Source: an uncultured Oscillospiraceae bacterium
Lineage (GTDB): Bacteria > Bacillota > Clostridia > Oscillospirales > Oscillospiraceae
Direction of reading: 5' to 3'
DNA: 64,000 nt
Assembly (NCBI GenBank): GCA_944387285.1
Contig: CALXEH010000001.1
Span: forward strand, 9,880 to 73,879
Shown here: positions 1-10,371 of the stretch, one piece after another
Numbering within the stretch: position 1 is the stretch's first letter
Layout: the number at the start of each line of letters is the position of its first letter
Position numbers and translations under genes: made by a program
The notes under the pieces: model-generated
The model's database searches: none
Told to the model about the DNA's origin: nothing
Seen by the model: only the letters and a program-made list of their open reading frames with translations

Positions 1-849
1 GACCTCGTGCGGGCGACGGAGCTCATCTACAAGGGCGGCGACCGGCCCATCGAGCTGCCCTCGGCCCTGCACGACATCGAGAACCGCATGAACACGATAA
101 AGTCCGACATGCTCGCGTCAAAGCGCGCGGCCGAGGACGCGGAGCGGCGCAAAAACGAGCTGGTGGTCTACCTGGCGCACGACCTCAAGACGCCGCTGAC
201 CTCGGTCATAGGCTACCTGACGCTCCTGCGCGACGTGCCGGAGCTGGACACGGCGCAGCGGGCCAAGTTCACCGGCATCGCCCTGGACAAGGCCGAGCGG
301 CTGGAAGACCTCATAAACGAGTTTTTCGACATCACGCGCTTTTCGCTCACCGGCGCGGCGCTCGACCGGCGGGACGTGGACCTTTCGCGCATGCTCGAGC
401 AGCTGGCCGACGAGTTTGCGCCCATGCTCCGCGAGCGCGGGCTGGAGATAAAGCTCGACGCGCCGCGCGAGCTGCCCATAAACTGCGACCCGGACAAGCT
501 CGAGCGCGTCTTCGACAACCTCCTGCGCAACGCCATGAACTACGCCTGGGCCGATACCGTCATCGACATCAGCCTGCGCAAGGAAGGACGCGAGGCCGTC
601 GTGGTCTTTGAAAATCGGGGCGACACCATCGATGAGAGCAAGCTGGAACGGCTCTTCGAGCAGTTCTTCCGCCTCGATTCCGCGCGCCAGAGCCGCAGCG
701 GCGGTTCGGGCCTGGGCCTCGCCATTGCCAAGGAGATAGTCGAACAGCACGGCGGCAGCATCCGGGCCGAGAGCGCCGATGAGCGCGTCAGATTCACCGT
801 GCGCCTGCCCCTGTCGTCAGAAAATCGTAAGAAATCAGCGGGAAAATAA
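1..849 (+). CDS. vanS: Sensor histidine kinase, C-terminal part (5' end outside window), VanS-type
   Basis: The frame is open from base 1. It has H-box LAHDLKTPLTSVIGYLTLL, N-box NLLRNAMNYA and G-box GGSGLGLAIAKEIVEQHGG. It lies directly upstream of vanG-vanXY-vanT. Confidence 0.8.
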   Translation, partial: DLVRATELIYKGGDRPIELPSALHDIENRMNTIKSDMLASKRAAEDAERRKNELVVYLAHDLKTPLTSVIGYLTLLRDVPELDTAQRAKFTGIALDKAERLEDLINEFFDITRFSLTGAALDRRDVDLSRMLEQLADEFAPMLRERGLEIKLDAPRELPINCDPDKLERVFDNLLRNAMNYAWADTVIDISLRKEGREAVVVFENRGDTIDESKLERLFEQFFRLDSARQSRSGGSGLGLAIAKEIVEQHGGSIRAESADERVRFTVRLPLSSENRKKSAGK

Positions 850-885
850 TAAGCATTTCTGCAGCTCCAACGGATACACTCCGCC

Positions 886-930
886 CCTGCCTTTGATAGC
901 ATAGAAGCCGTCAAGGGCAGGAGCTTTTTT
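886..930 (+). terminator. Possible terminator after vanS
   Basis: CCTGCCTTT (886-894) pairs with AAGGGCAGG (913-921), one G-U pair and an 18-nt loop. AGCTTTTTT follows (922-930). Confidence 0.4.
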
Positions 931-950
931 ATCCTGAGGAGGTTTAAAAT

Positions 951-2006
951 ATGGACAGGAAACTCAAAATAGCGGTCATTTTCGGCGGCTGCTCGCCGGA
1001 ATACCCCGTTTCGCTCGAATCGGCGCACGCGGTCATCACGAACCTCGACCGTGAAAAGTACGAGCTTACGCTGCTCGGCATCACGAAGGGCGGCGAGTGG
1101 TACAGGTACTGCGGCGACGCGGCGGCGCTCGAGGACGACAGCTGGCACGAAGACCACGAAAACTGCGTCCCGGCGCACATCTCGCCCGACCGGGACATCC
1201 ACGGCATCGTGGAATTTCGCGCGAACGGTGTGCGCACGACGCGGCTGGACGCGGCCTTCCCCGTGCTGCACGGGCGCTTCGGCGAGGACGGCACGGTGCA
1301 GGGCCTCTGCGAGCTGGCTGGCATCCCGGTCATCGGCTGCGGCACCCTGGCCTCGGCGCTGTGCATGGACAAGGACAGGGCGCACAAGCTCGCCTCGCTC
1401 GCGGGCGTGGAGGTGCCTAAATCCGTGAGCTTCAGCGGCATGCCCGCTCAGGCCGAGCTCGACGCCCTGGCGGAGCGGCTGCCCTGCCCGGTGTTCGTGA
1501 AGCCCGTCCGGGCCGGCTCGTCCTTCGGCATCAGCAAGGTCACGCGCCCGGAAGACCTCCGCGCCGCCCTGCGCGGGGCGCTCAGGTACGACCGTGAGCT
1601 GATAGTCGAGGAGGCCATCGAGGGCTTTGAGGTCGGCTGTGCCGTCATTGGCAACGGCAAGCTGATAACGGGCCGCGCGGACGAGATAGAGATACAGGGC
1701 GAGCTCTTCGACTATGTGGAAAAGTACAACCTCATCAGCTCAAAGATCCACATGCCCGCGCGCGTGGACGCCGAGACCGAGCGGCGCATACAGGAGACGG
1801 CGCGGCGCATCTACCGTGCCCTGGGCTGCCGCTGCTTTGCGCGGGTGGACATGTTCCTGACCCCGACGGGGCGTCTGGTTTTCAACGAGGTCAACACCAT
1901 ACCCGGTTTCACCTCGCACAGCCGCTTTCCCAACATGATGCGCGGCATCGGCTATGACTTCCCGGCGCTTTTGGACGCGCTCGTGGGCTATGGGCTGGAG
2001 GTGTGA
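951..2006 (+). CDS. vanG: D-alanine--D-serine ligase, VanG-like
   Basis: 351 aa with RBS GAGGAGG upstream. Long blocks match VanG as I recall it: KIAVIFGG, FPVLHGRFGEDGTVQG, SALCMDKDRAHKL, FVKPVRAGSSFGISKV, FNEVNTIPGFTSHSRFPNMM. It is followed by vanXY and vanT. Confidence 0.9.
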   Translation: MDRKLKIAVIFGGCSPEYPVSLESAHAVITNLDREKYELTLLGITKGGEWYRYCGDAAALEDDSWHEDHENCVPAHISPDRDIHGIVEFRANGVRTTRLDAAFPVLHGRFGEDGTVQGLCELAGIPVIGCGTLASALCMDKDRAHKLASLAGVEVPKSVSFSGMPAQAELDALAERLPCPVFVKPVRAGSSFGISKVTRPEDLRAALRGALRYDRELIVEEAIEGFEVGCAVIGNGKLITGRADEIEIQGELFDYVEKYNLISSKIHMPARVDAETERRIQETARRIYRALGCRCFARVDMFLTPTGRLVFNEVNTIPGFTSHSRFPNMMRGIGYDFPALLDALVGYGLEV

Positions 2007-2007
2007 G

Positions 2008-2733
2008 ATGGCCTTTTCGATACATCGCGGCCTGCTGGTGCTGGTGAACGCCGCGCACCCGCTGGAAAGCGCCGAAAAACCCGTGCTCGCGCCCGCCCTG
2101 CCCGGCTCGGAGGCGCTTTTGGACGCGCGCGCCGCCGCCATGCTCACCGGGTTGGTCTCGCGGCTCGGGGCCGTGGGCGAGATCGTCGCCGTCAGCGGCT
2201 GGCGCTCCATGGATGAGCAGCGGCGCATCTGGGATTCCTCCATGCTCGAAAACGGCGCGGACTTCACGCGCAGATACGTCGCCCGGCCGGGCTGCTCCGA
2301 GCACCAGACCGGCCTTGCCGTAGACCTGGCGCTCCGGGCGGAGCACATCGACTTCATCCGGCCCGAGTTCCCTCACGAGGGCGTCTGCGGGCGCTTCCGC
2401 GCGCTCGCGGCGGACTACGGCTTCATCGAGCGCTACCAGGCGGGCAAAGAGGGCGTCACCGGCATCGCCGCCGAGCCCTGGCACTTCCGCTATGTCGGCC
2501 GCCCGCACGCGCGGCTCATGCTCGAGCGCGGACTGTGCCTGGAGGAATACCACGAGCTGCTGCGGACCTTCCACTACCCCGGCCGACTGCTGGAGGCCCG
2601 CGGAGAGGCCTACGAGGCCGAGGTCGGCTTCCTGCGCGGCACGGAACGGCCCGAGCTGCCCGACGCGCCCTGCCAGCTCTCCGGCAACAACGTTGACGGC
2701 TACGTCTGCACGCTCTGGAGGCGTCCGGCATGA
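2008..2733 (+). CDS. vanXY: D,D-dipeptidase/D,D-carboxypeptidase VanXY (peptidase M15)
   Basis: The ATG at 2008 lies 1 nt after the vanG stop. Zn-peptidase motifs SEHQTGLAVDL and EPWHFRYVG are present. I preferred this start to the ORF-track start at 1954, which overlaps vanG. Confidence 0.85.
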   Translation: MAFSIHRGLLVLVNAAHPLESAEKPVLAPALPGSEALLDARAAAMLTGLVSRLGAVGEIVAVSGWRSMDEQRRIWDSSMLENGADFTRRYVARPGCSEHQTGLAVDLALRAEHIDFIRPEFPHEGVCGRFRALAADYGFIERYQAGKEGVTGIAAEPWHFRYVGRPHARLMLERGLCLEEYHELLRTFHYPGRLLEARGEAYEAEVGFLRGTERPELPDAPCQLSGNNVDGYVCTLWRRPA

Positions 2734-4748
2734 GCGGCAGGCGTTCGGCGCTGGATATCTGCCGCGTGCCTGCGGCGCTGCTAGTCGCGGCCATACACTG
2801 TTCGCCCCTGCTCAGTTACAGCGCGGGCGCGGATTTCGTGCTCACGCGCGTCGCCGCGCGCGTCGCGGTGCCCTTTTTCTTCATGCTGACGGGCTATTTC
2901 GTGCTGGGCGACGTCGGAAAGCTCGCCTCTGCGCTCAAAAAGACCGCCCTCGTCTACCTCGCGGCGATGCTCCTTTACCTGCCGCTCAACATCTACAGCG
3001 GGCAGCTGCCCGGCCTGCGCGAACTGCTGCTCGACGGCACCTTCTACCACCTCTGGTACTTCCCCGCCGTGCTCACGGGCCTTGTCATCGCCTGGGGCCT
3101 GTCTAAACTGCGCGGCGGCGTCTGGCTCGCGGCGGCGCTGTACCTGCTGGGCCTGCCCGGCGACAGCTGGTTCGGGCTGGTCCGGGGCCTGCCCTGGCTC
3201 GCGGGCGTGTACGAGGCCATCGGTTACACGCGCAACGGCCTCTTCTTCGCGCCGCTGTTCCTGCTCATGGGCAGCCGCGCCCGTCCCGGCAGGGGCGCAG
3301 AGGGCCTGGCCCTCGCCGCCGCCTTCGCCGCCATGCTCGCCGAGGCGCTGGTGCTGAGGCGGCTCGGCTGGCAGAAGCACGACAGCATGTACATTATGCT
3401 GCCCTGTGTCATGTATTTCCTCTTCCGCCTGCTGCTGGGCCTGCGCGGTGCGGCCCCGGGCTGGTGCGCGGACTTTTCGCTGCTGTTCTACCTGCTGCAC
3501 CCCTGGTGCATCGTGCTGGTGCGCGGCTTTGCGCGGCTCGCGGGACTGTGGGGCCTGCTGGTCGAGAACAGCCTGGGCCACTATCTGGCGGTCTGCGCGC
3601 TGACTGCGGCGGCCACGGCGGCGCTGCTGCCGCTGCTGCGGCGGCTGAGGCCCGTGCGGGCGTACCCCAAGGCCCGCGCCTGGGTCGAGGTGGACGCATC
3701 CGCCCTGCGCCGGAACGCGGAAGCCCTGATGGGCCTGCTGCCCGACGGCTGTGAGCTCATGCCGGTGCTCAAGTGCGGGGCCTACGGCCACGGGGCGGTG
3801 AAGTCCGCGCGTGTGCTCGAGGGATGCGGCGTGCGCGCCTTCGCCGTCGCCTGCGCCGCCGAGGGCGTGGAACTGCGCCGGGCGGGCGTAAGGGGCACGA
3901 TACTCGTCCTGGGCTGGACGGCCCCGGAGAACTTCCCCTGCCTCGCGCGCTACGGGCTCACGCAGACGGTGACGGAGCTGCCCTATGCCGAGGCGCTCTC
4001 GGCCTTCGGGCGGGACGTGGACGTACACATCAAGGTGGACACGGGCATGCACCGGCTGGGCCTGGACGCGGAAGACATCGCTGCGGCGGAGCGCATCTTC
4101 GAGCTGCCGCATCTGCGCGTGACGGGCATGTACACGCACCTGTGCGTCTCGGACAGCCTCGCGCCCGAGGCCCGGAGCTTCACCGGGGCGCAGAGCAAGC
4201 GCTTCTTCGCGCTGGCGGAGGAGCTGAGGCGGCGCGGTCACGACGTGGGCAGGCTGCACACGCAGGCGAGCTACGGGCTGCTGAATTACCCTGACGCCCG
4301 CTGTGCCTATGTCCGGGCCGGCATAGCGCTCTACGGCTTCAAGAGCGCGGAGGCCGACGACGCGGCGGTGTGGCCGCCGCTGAAGCCGGCGCTGAGCCTC
4401 AAGGCCCGCGTGGCGCAGGTGCGGGAGCTGCCCGAGGGCGCAGGTCTGGGCTACGGCCTGGCGTACACGACGCCGCGCCCGAGCCGGATTGCCGTGCTGC
4501 CCATAGGCTACGGCGACGGCTGCCCGAGGGACTGCGCGGGCGCCTGGGCGCTGGTGAACGGAAAGCGCGCGCCGGTGGTGGGCCGGGTGTGCATGGACCA
4601 GCTGTTCATAGACGTCACGGACTGCGGCCCGGTGCAAAGCGGGGATTGCATACAGCTGGATATCGCCGCGCTCGCGGAGGCCTCCGGCACCATCACGAAC
4701 GAGATACTCAGCCGCCTTGGCCCGAGGCTGCCGCGGCTGTGGACATGA
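2730..4748 (+). CDS. vanT: Membrane-bound serine/alanine racemase VanT
   Basis: 672 aa with an ATGA overlap onto the vanXY stop. The N-terminal ~320 aa are polytopic and acyltransferase-3-like. The C-terminal half is an alanine-racemase fold with PLP-lysine motif VLKCGAYGHGA and GYGDG. Confidence 0.9.
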   Translation: MSGRRSALDICRVPAALLVAAIHCSPLLSYSAGADFVLTRVAARVAVPFFFMLTGYFVLGDVGKLASALKKTALVYLAAMLLYLPLNIYSGQLPGLRELLLDGTFYHLWYFPAVLTGLVIAWGLSKLRGGVWLAAALYLLGLPGDSWFGLVRGLPWLAGVYEAIGYTRNGLFFAPLFLLMGSRARPGRGAEGLALAAAFAAMLAEALVLRRLGWQKHDSMYIMLPCVMYFLFRLLLGLRGAAPGWCADFSLLFYLLHPWCIVLVRGFARLAGLWGLLVENSLGHYLAVCALTAAATAALLPLLRRLRPVRAYPKARAWVEVDASALRRNAEALMGLLPDGCELMPVLKCGAYGHGAVKSARVLEGCGVRAFAVACAAEGVELRRAGVRGTILVLGWTAPENFPCLARYGLTQTVTELPYAEALSAFGRDVDVHIKVDTGMHRLGLDAEDIAAAERIFELPHLRVTGMYTHLCVSDSLAPEARSFTGAQSKRFFALAEELRRRGHDVGRLHTQASYGLLNYPDARCAYVRAGIALYGFKSAEADDAAVWPPLKPALSLKARVAQVRELPEGAGLGYGLAYTTPRPSRIAVLPIGYGDGCPRDCAGAWALVNGKRAPVVGRVCMDQLFIDVTDCGPVQSGDCIQLDIAALAEASGTITNEILSRLGPRLPRLWT

Positions 4749-4783
4749 AAAGAGCCGGGCGGGTGGAGACCCGTCCGGCTTTC
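4747..4783. terminator. Bidirectional terminator between convergent vanT and spoIVA
   Basis: GCCGGGCGGG (4754-4763) pairs with CCCGTCCGGC (4770-4779), one mismatch. The stem is flanked by AAAA and TTT. Confidence 0.7.
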
Positions 4784-4784
4784 G

Positions 4785-6263
4785 TCACAGTATGATGCAG
4801 ATGAGCCCGCCGCTGCCCTCGTTCACGATGCGCTGCATCGTGTTGCGCAGTTTGGCCTGCACAGAGGGCGGCATGCGCTTTATTTTGGCCTCCAGGCCCT
4901 CCTCTGCGATGTCGTAGAGCGATTTGCCGAAGATGTTCGATTCCCAGATGCGGCTCACGTCACCGTCAAAGCCCTGGAGCAGGAAGCCCATTATCTCCTC
5001 GGAGGCCTTTTCGCCGCCGAGCGCGGGCGTGACCTCTGTTTCGATGTTCGTCATCATCATGTGTATGGACGGTGCCGAGGCTTTGAGCCTCACGCTGTAG
5101 CGCCCGCCGCTGCGCACGATCTGCGGTTCCTCGAGCCTCAGCTCGCCCGGCAGGGGCATGACTACGCCGTAGCCCTTCTCGCGCACGTCGCGCAGGGCCT
5201 GGCTGATGTGGTCGTAATCGGCCTTGATGTCCCGCACATGCGTCAGCAGGGTCATCAGGTCGCCGTCGTCGCGGATGTCGAAGCCCGACTGGGCGCTGAT
5301 CGTCTCATAATACAGGCTGCGCGGCAGCTCGAGTTCGGCCTCGACCTTGCCCGTGCCCATGTTCACCTGGCGTATGCCCGCCGCGCTGACGTCCTCGCGC
5401 GCGCCGAGGGCGTCCATGATGCCGAAGGCATCGCGCACGCGGCTCATGTCGCGCACGGCCTCGGCGATGCCCTGGAAGATGCCCGCCTTGAGCTCGGCAT
5501 CCTGCGGCAGGGCGTCGAGCCAGGGCGGAAGGTAGATGTCCAGCTCGGCTATCGGGAATTCGTAGAGCGCGAAGCGGAGTATCTCGTCGATGTCCGCCGC
5601 GCCCAGTTCGAGGCAGTTCACACACACGCAGGTGCGGCCGTACTTTTCCTGCAATTCGCGCCGGAGCGCCTGCGCCTGCTCCGAGGCCGGCTCCGCGCTG
5701 TTGAGCACCAGCACGAAGGGCTTGCCGATGGCCTCGAGCTCGGCAACCACCCGCTCCTCTGCTGAGACGTAGCCCTCGCGCGGGATGCCGCAGATCGTGC
5801 CGTCCGTGGTCATGACGATGCCTATGGTCGAGTGCTCGGCGATGACCCGGCGGGTGCCCTCCTCGGCGGCGCGGCTCATGCTGACCTCCTCGTCGAACCA
5901 GGGCGTGGCGACCATGCGCTCGGCCCCGTCCTCGAACTGGCCGGAGGCACCGTCCACCATGTAGCCCACACAGTCCACGACGCGCACCGAAAAGCTGACG
6001 CCGCCCTCGAGCGTGACGTTCACCGCGTCCTCGGGCACGAACTTCGGCTCCGCCGTCATTATCGTGCGGCCCGAGCCGGACTGCGGCAGCTCATCTTTCG
6101 CGCGCTCTTTCGCGTAGACGTCCTCTATATTCGGTATGACCAGCGTCTCCATGAACCTGCGGATGAAGGTGGACTTCCCCGTCCGCACCGGCCCTACCAG
6201 GCCGAGGTATATGTCCCCGCCCGTGCGCTGGGCTATGTCCTGATAAATGGAAGTGTTTGTCAT
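4785..6263 (-). CDS. spoIVA: Stage IV sporulation protein A (spore-coat morphogenetic ATPase)
   Basis: 492 aa. The N-terminus IYQDIAQRTGGDIYLGLVGPVRTGKSTFIRRFME (Walker A) and overall length match SpoIVA. Confidence 0.92.
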   Translation of the reverse strand: MTNTSIYQDIAQRTGGDIYLGLVGPVRTGKSTFIRRFMETLVIPNIEDVYAKERAKDELPQSGSGRTIMTAEPKFVPEDAVNVTLEGGVSFSVRVVDCVGYMVDGASGQFEDGAERMVATPWFDEEVSMSRAAEEGTRRVIAEHSTIGIVMTTDGTICGIPREGYVSAEERVVAELEAIGKPFVLVLNSAEPASEQAQALRRELQEKYGRTCVCVNCLELGAADIDEILRFALYEFPIAELDIYLPPWLDALPQDAELKAGIFQGIAEAVRDMSRVRDAFGIMDALGAREDVSAAGIRQVNMGTGKVEAELELPRSLYYETISAQSGFDIRDDGDLMTLLTHVRDIKADYDHISQALRDVREKGYGVVMPLPGELRLEEPQIVRSGGRYSVRLKASAPSIHMMMTNIETEVTPALGGEKASEEIMGFLLQGFDGDVSRIWESNIFGKSLYDIAEEGLEAKIKRMPPSVQAKLRNTMQRIVNEGSGGLICIIL

Positions 6264-6296
6264 GTTCCGCCCTCTTTTCCCGTGAACTCATGTTAG

Positions 6297-6326
6297 AGGA
6301 TATGAGGACGGGTCCGAGGTTATGAC
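6297..6326 (-). promoter_or_regulatory. Possible sigma-E-type promoter of spoIVA
   Basis: The minus strand reads GTCATAA-16 nt-CATATCCT about 34 nt upstream of the ATG. This resembles the ATA/CATACA-T sigma-E pattern. By-eye match only. Confidence 0.3.
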
Positions 6327-6340
6327 TGCCCAGGCGGGCG

Positions 6341-6996
6341 CTATTTTCTGAGCGCCACCTCGCCCGCGGCCTTATAGATGCAGCCCTCGGGCACTACGCC
6401 GCGCACTGAGGAGGTCGGGTACACGCTCACGCGGCGGCCCAGCACGCAGCCGGGGTTCAGCACGCTGTTGCAGCCGACCTCGACGTTGTCGCCGAGTATC
6501 GCGCCGAACTTCTTGAGCCCCGTCTCTATCTCCACGTCGCCCTTCACGACCACCAGGGTCTTGTCGCTCTTGACGTTCGAGGTGATGCTGCCCGCGCCCA
6601 TGTGCGCCTTGTAGCCCAGCACGCTGTCGCCGACGTAGTTGTAGTGCGGCGTCTGCACCTTATCGAACAGTACGGCGTTTTTGAGCTCCACCGAGTTGCC
6701 CACGACGCAGCCCTTGCCGACTATGGCGCTGCCGCGGATGAAGGCGCAGTGGCGCACCTCCGCCTCGTGGTCGATGATGCAGGGCCCGCCGATGTAGGCC
6801 GAGGGGAACACCTTCGCGTCCTTGGCTATCCACACGTCCTGCGCCGGGTGGTCGAATTCCGCCTCCGGCAGCGTGGGGCCGAGCTTCAGGATGAAGGCCT
6901 TTATCTCCGGCAGCACTTCCCAGGCATAGGTCTTGCCCTCGAACAAATCTGCCGCTATCGTGTGCTCAAGGTCGAGCAGATCGGTTATTTTATACA

Positions 6997-7000
<4 letters not shown>
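6341..7000 (-). CDS. Left-handed beta-helix (hexapeptide-repeat) transferase resembling the GlmU C-terminal acetyltransferase domain
   Basis: 219 aa with repeated [LIV]G-x4 hexapeptide pattern (IGGPCIID, IRGSAIVGKGCVVGNSVEL, VGDSVLGYKAHMGAGS, LGDNVEVGCNSVLNPGCVLG). Its start overlaps the glmM stop (ATGA). Confidence 0.7.
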
Positions 7001-8349
<1,349 letters not shown>

Positions 8350-8366
8350 TGTTTCCTCCATACGAA

Positions 8367-8390
8367 GGGCCGCGGGAGCTCCCGCGGCCC
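8367..8390 (-). other. Perfect 24-nt palindromic stem-loop between nagB and glmM
   Basis: GGGCCGCGGGAGCTCCCGCGGCCC. There is no clear U-tract, so this may be an mRNA processing/stability element or a weak terminator. Confidence 0.4.
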
Positions 8391-8406
8391 GGTTTGTTGC
8401 CGATAT

Positions 8407-9129
8407 TTAAGAGAGCTTGCTCGCGGCGGCCTCGTCCAGGTAGATCTCGACATCCTCGTGCAGCTGGAGCAGCGAGGCGGGGACGGCGATCTCCGGCCTG
8501 CCCTCGACCGTCTTCTTGATGATGTCGGCCTTGCCCTCGCCGAAGGCCATGAGGATGATGCTCTTGGCCTGCAGCACCGTGTGTATGCCCATGGTCACGG
8601 CGTGGGTCGGCACCTCGTCGATGGAGGCGAAGAAGCGCTTGTTCGCCTCGCGCGTCGAATCCGTCAGCTTCACGATGTGGGTCATGGAGGTGAACGGGGT
8701 CAGCGGCTCGTTGAAGCCGATGTGGCCGTTGTTGCCGATGCCCAGCAGCTGCAGGTCGATGCCGCCCGCGGCGCGGATATCTGCGTCGTACATCTCCGCC
8801 TCCTCGTCGCTCTTCACCGCGCCGGAGGGGACGTGCGTGGCCTCCATGCGGATGTCGACCTTCTCGAAGAGGTTCTTGTTCATGAAATACCTGTAGCTCT
8901 GGTCATGCGTGCCGTCGAGGCCGATGTACTCGTCCAGGTTGAAGCTCGTGCACTTGGCAAAGGATATCTCCCCTGCGGCGCAGAGCCTGGCGAGCTCGTT
9001 GTACAGGCCCAGCGGCGTGGAACCGGTGGCGAGGCCCAGCACGGCCTCGGGCTTCTCGGCCAGCAGCTTTACATACCTCTGTGCGGCTTTCTTTACGACC
9101 TCTTCCTGCGTTCCGACTATGACTTTCAA
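8407..9129 (-). CDS. nagB: Glucosamine-6-phosphate deaminase
   Basis: 240 aa with LGLATGSTPLGLY and GIGNNGHIGFNEP motifs. Confidence 0.9.
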   Translation of the reverse strand: MKVIVGTQEEVVKKAAQRYVKLLAEKPEAVLGLATGSTPLGLYNELARLCAAGEISFAKCTSFNLDEYIGLDGTHDQSYRYFMNKNLFEKVDIRMEATHVPSGAVKSDEEAEMYDADIRAAGGIDLQLLGIGNNGHIGFNEPLTPFTSMTHIVKLTDSTREANKRFFASIDEVPTHAVTMGIHTVLQAKSIILMAFGEGKADIIKKTVEGRPEIAVPASLLQLHEDVEIYLDEAAASKLS

Positions 9130-9147
9130 AGCAGCTTCCTCCCTGTC

Positions 9148-10359
9148 TTATATGATAGCCTTTATTCTTGCAACGGCCTGCGCCGTGTTGTCCGCGTCGC
9201 CGAAGGCCGTGAGCCGGATGAAGCCCGCGCCGGAGGGCCCGAAACCCTCGCCCGGCGTCGTGACGACGTTCGCCTCGGCCAGCAGCCTGTCGAAAAATTC
9301 CCAGGAGCCCAGCCCGCCCGGGGCCCGGAACCAGATGTAGGGCGAATCCGTGCCGCCGTAGACCTCCAGCCCCGCCTCTGCGAGCCCGGCCCTTATGACC
9401 TTCGCGTTGTTCATGTAGTAGCCTAGCATCCCGGCTATCTGCGCCTTGCCGGCCTCGCTGTAGGTCGCCTCCGCGGCGCGCTGGATGACATAGGCCGTGC
9501 CGTTGAATTTGGTGCTCTGCCTGCGCATCCACAGGTCGTAGATGCTCTGCCCGCCGCGCTTGAGCGCGCGCGGTATCACCGTCCAGCCGCAGCGCGTGCC
9601 CGTGAAGCCAGCGGTCTTGGAGAAGCTGCAAAATTCGATGGCGCACTCCTCCGCGCCCGGTATCTCGTATATCGTCCGGGGCAGCTCGGGATCGGACATG
9701 TACGCGCGGTAGGCCGCGTCGTAGAGGATGATGCTGCCGTGCTCGTTGGCGTAGTCCACCCAGGGCTTCAGCTGCGCCTTGGTCGCGGCCATGCCGGTCG
9801 GGTTGTTCGGGAAGCAGAGGTATATCATGTCCGGCACGGTATCCGGCAGCTCGGGGATGAAGCCGTTTTCCGGCGTGCAGGGCATGTAGACGATCTTTTC
9901 CCAGCGCTCGCCCAGCCACTCGCCCGCGCGGCCGCTCATGGCGTTCGCGTCGATGTAAACCGGGTACACCGGGTCGCAGACCGCGACGATGTTGTCCTCG
10001 GCGAAGATGTCGCCGATGTTGCCGCAGTCGGATTTCGCGCCGTCGGAGACGAATATCTCGTCTGCGCTTATCTTCACGCCGCGCGGGGCGTAGTCGTTCT
10101 GCACTATGGCCTCGCGCAGGAAGTCGTAGCCCTCGTAGGGGCCGTAGCCCATGAACGTGGCCTTGGCGGCCATCTCGTCCGCGGCCTTTTTCATGGCCTC
10201 GACGCAGGCGGCGGGCAGGGGCAGGGTCACATCGCCGATGCCGAGCTTTATGAGCTTCTTGTCCGGGTTGTTCGCGGAGTAGGCCGCCGTCCTGCGGGCG
10301 ATCTCGGCGAAGAGGTAGCTTCCGGGGAGTTTCAGGTAATTATCGTTGAGCTTTATCAC
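9148..10359 (-). CDS. dapL: LL-diaminopimelate aminotransferase
   Basis: 403 aa. N-terminus IKLNDNYLKLPGSYLFAEIARR and the class-I aminotransferase SFSKTAGFTGTRCG (PLP Lys) are typical of DapL. It is adjacent to dapF. Confidence 0.85.
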   Translation of the reverse strand: MIKLNDNYLKLPGSYLFAEIARRTAAYSANNPDKKLIKLGIGDVTLPLPAACVEAMKKAADEMAAKATFMGYGPYEGYDFLREAIVQNDYAPRGVKISADEIFVSDGAKSDCGNIGDIFAEDNIVAVCDPVYPVYIDANAMSGRAGEWLGERWEKIVYMPCTPENGFIPELPDTVPDMIYLCFPNNPTGMAATKAQLKPWVDYANEHGSIILYDAAYRAYMSDPELPRTIYEIPGAEECAIEFCSFSKTAGFTGTRCGWTVIPRALKRGGQSIYDLWMRRQSTKFNGTAYVIQRAAEATYSEAGKAQIAGMLGYYMNNAKVIRAGLAEAGLEVYGGTDSPYIWFRAPGGLGSWEFFDRLLAEANVVTTPGEGFGPSGAGFIRLTAFGDADNTAQAVARIKAII

Positions 10360-10371
10360 GTTGCGGACACC

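Noticed and set aside
2781-4637. 618-aa minus-strand ORF inside vanT
   Set aside because: It lies antisense to vanT, which has a clear racemase PLP motif and operon context. The ORF is Arg/Ala/Gln/His-rich low complexity.
8350-8406. glmS-ribozyme-like element near the amino-sugar genes
   Set aside because: The region is only 57 nt and consists of one perfect palindrome. This is far too short, and glmS itself is not present here.
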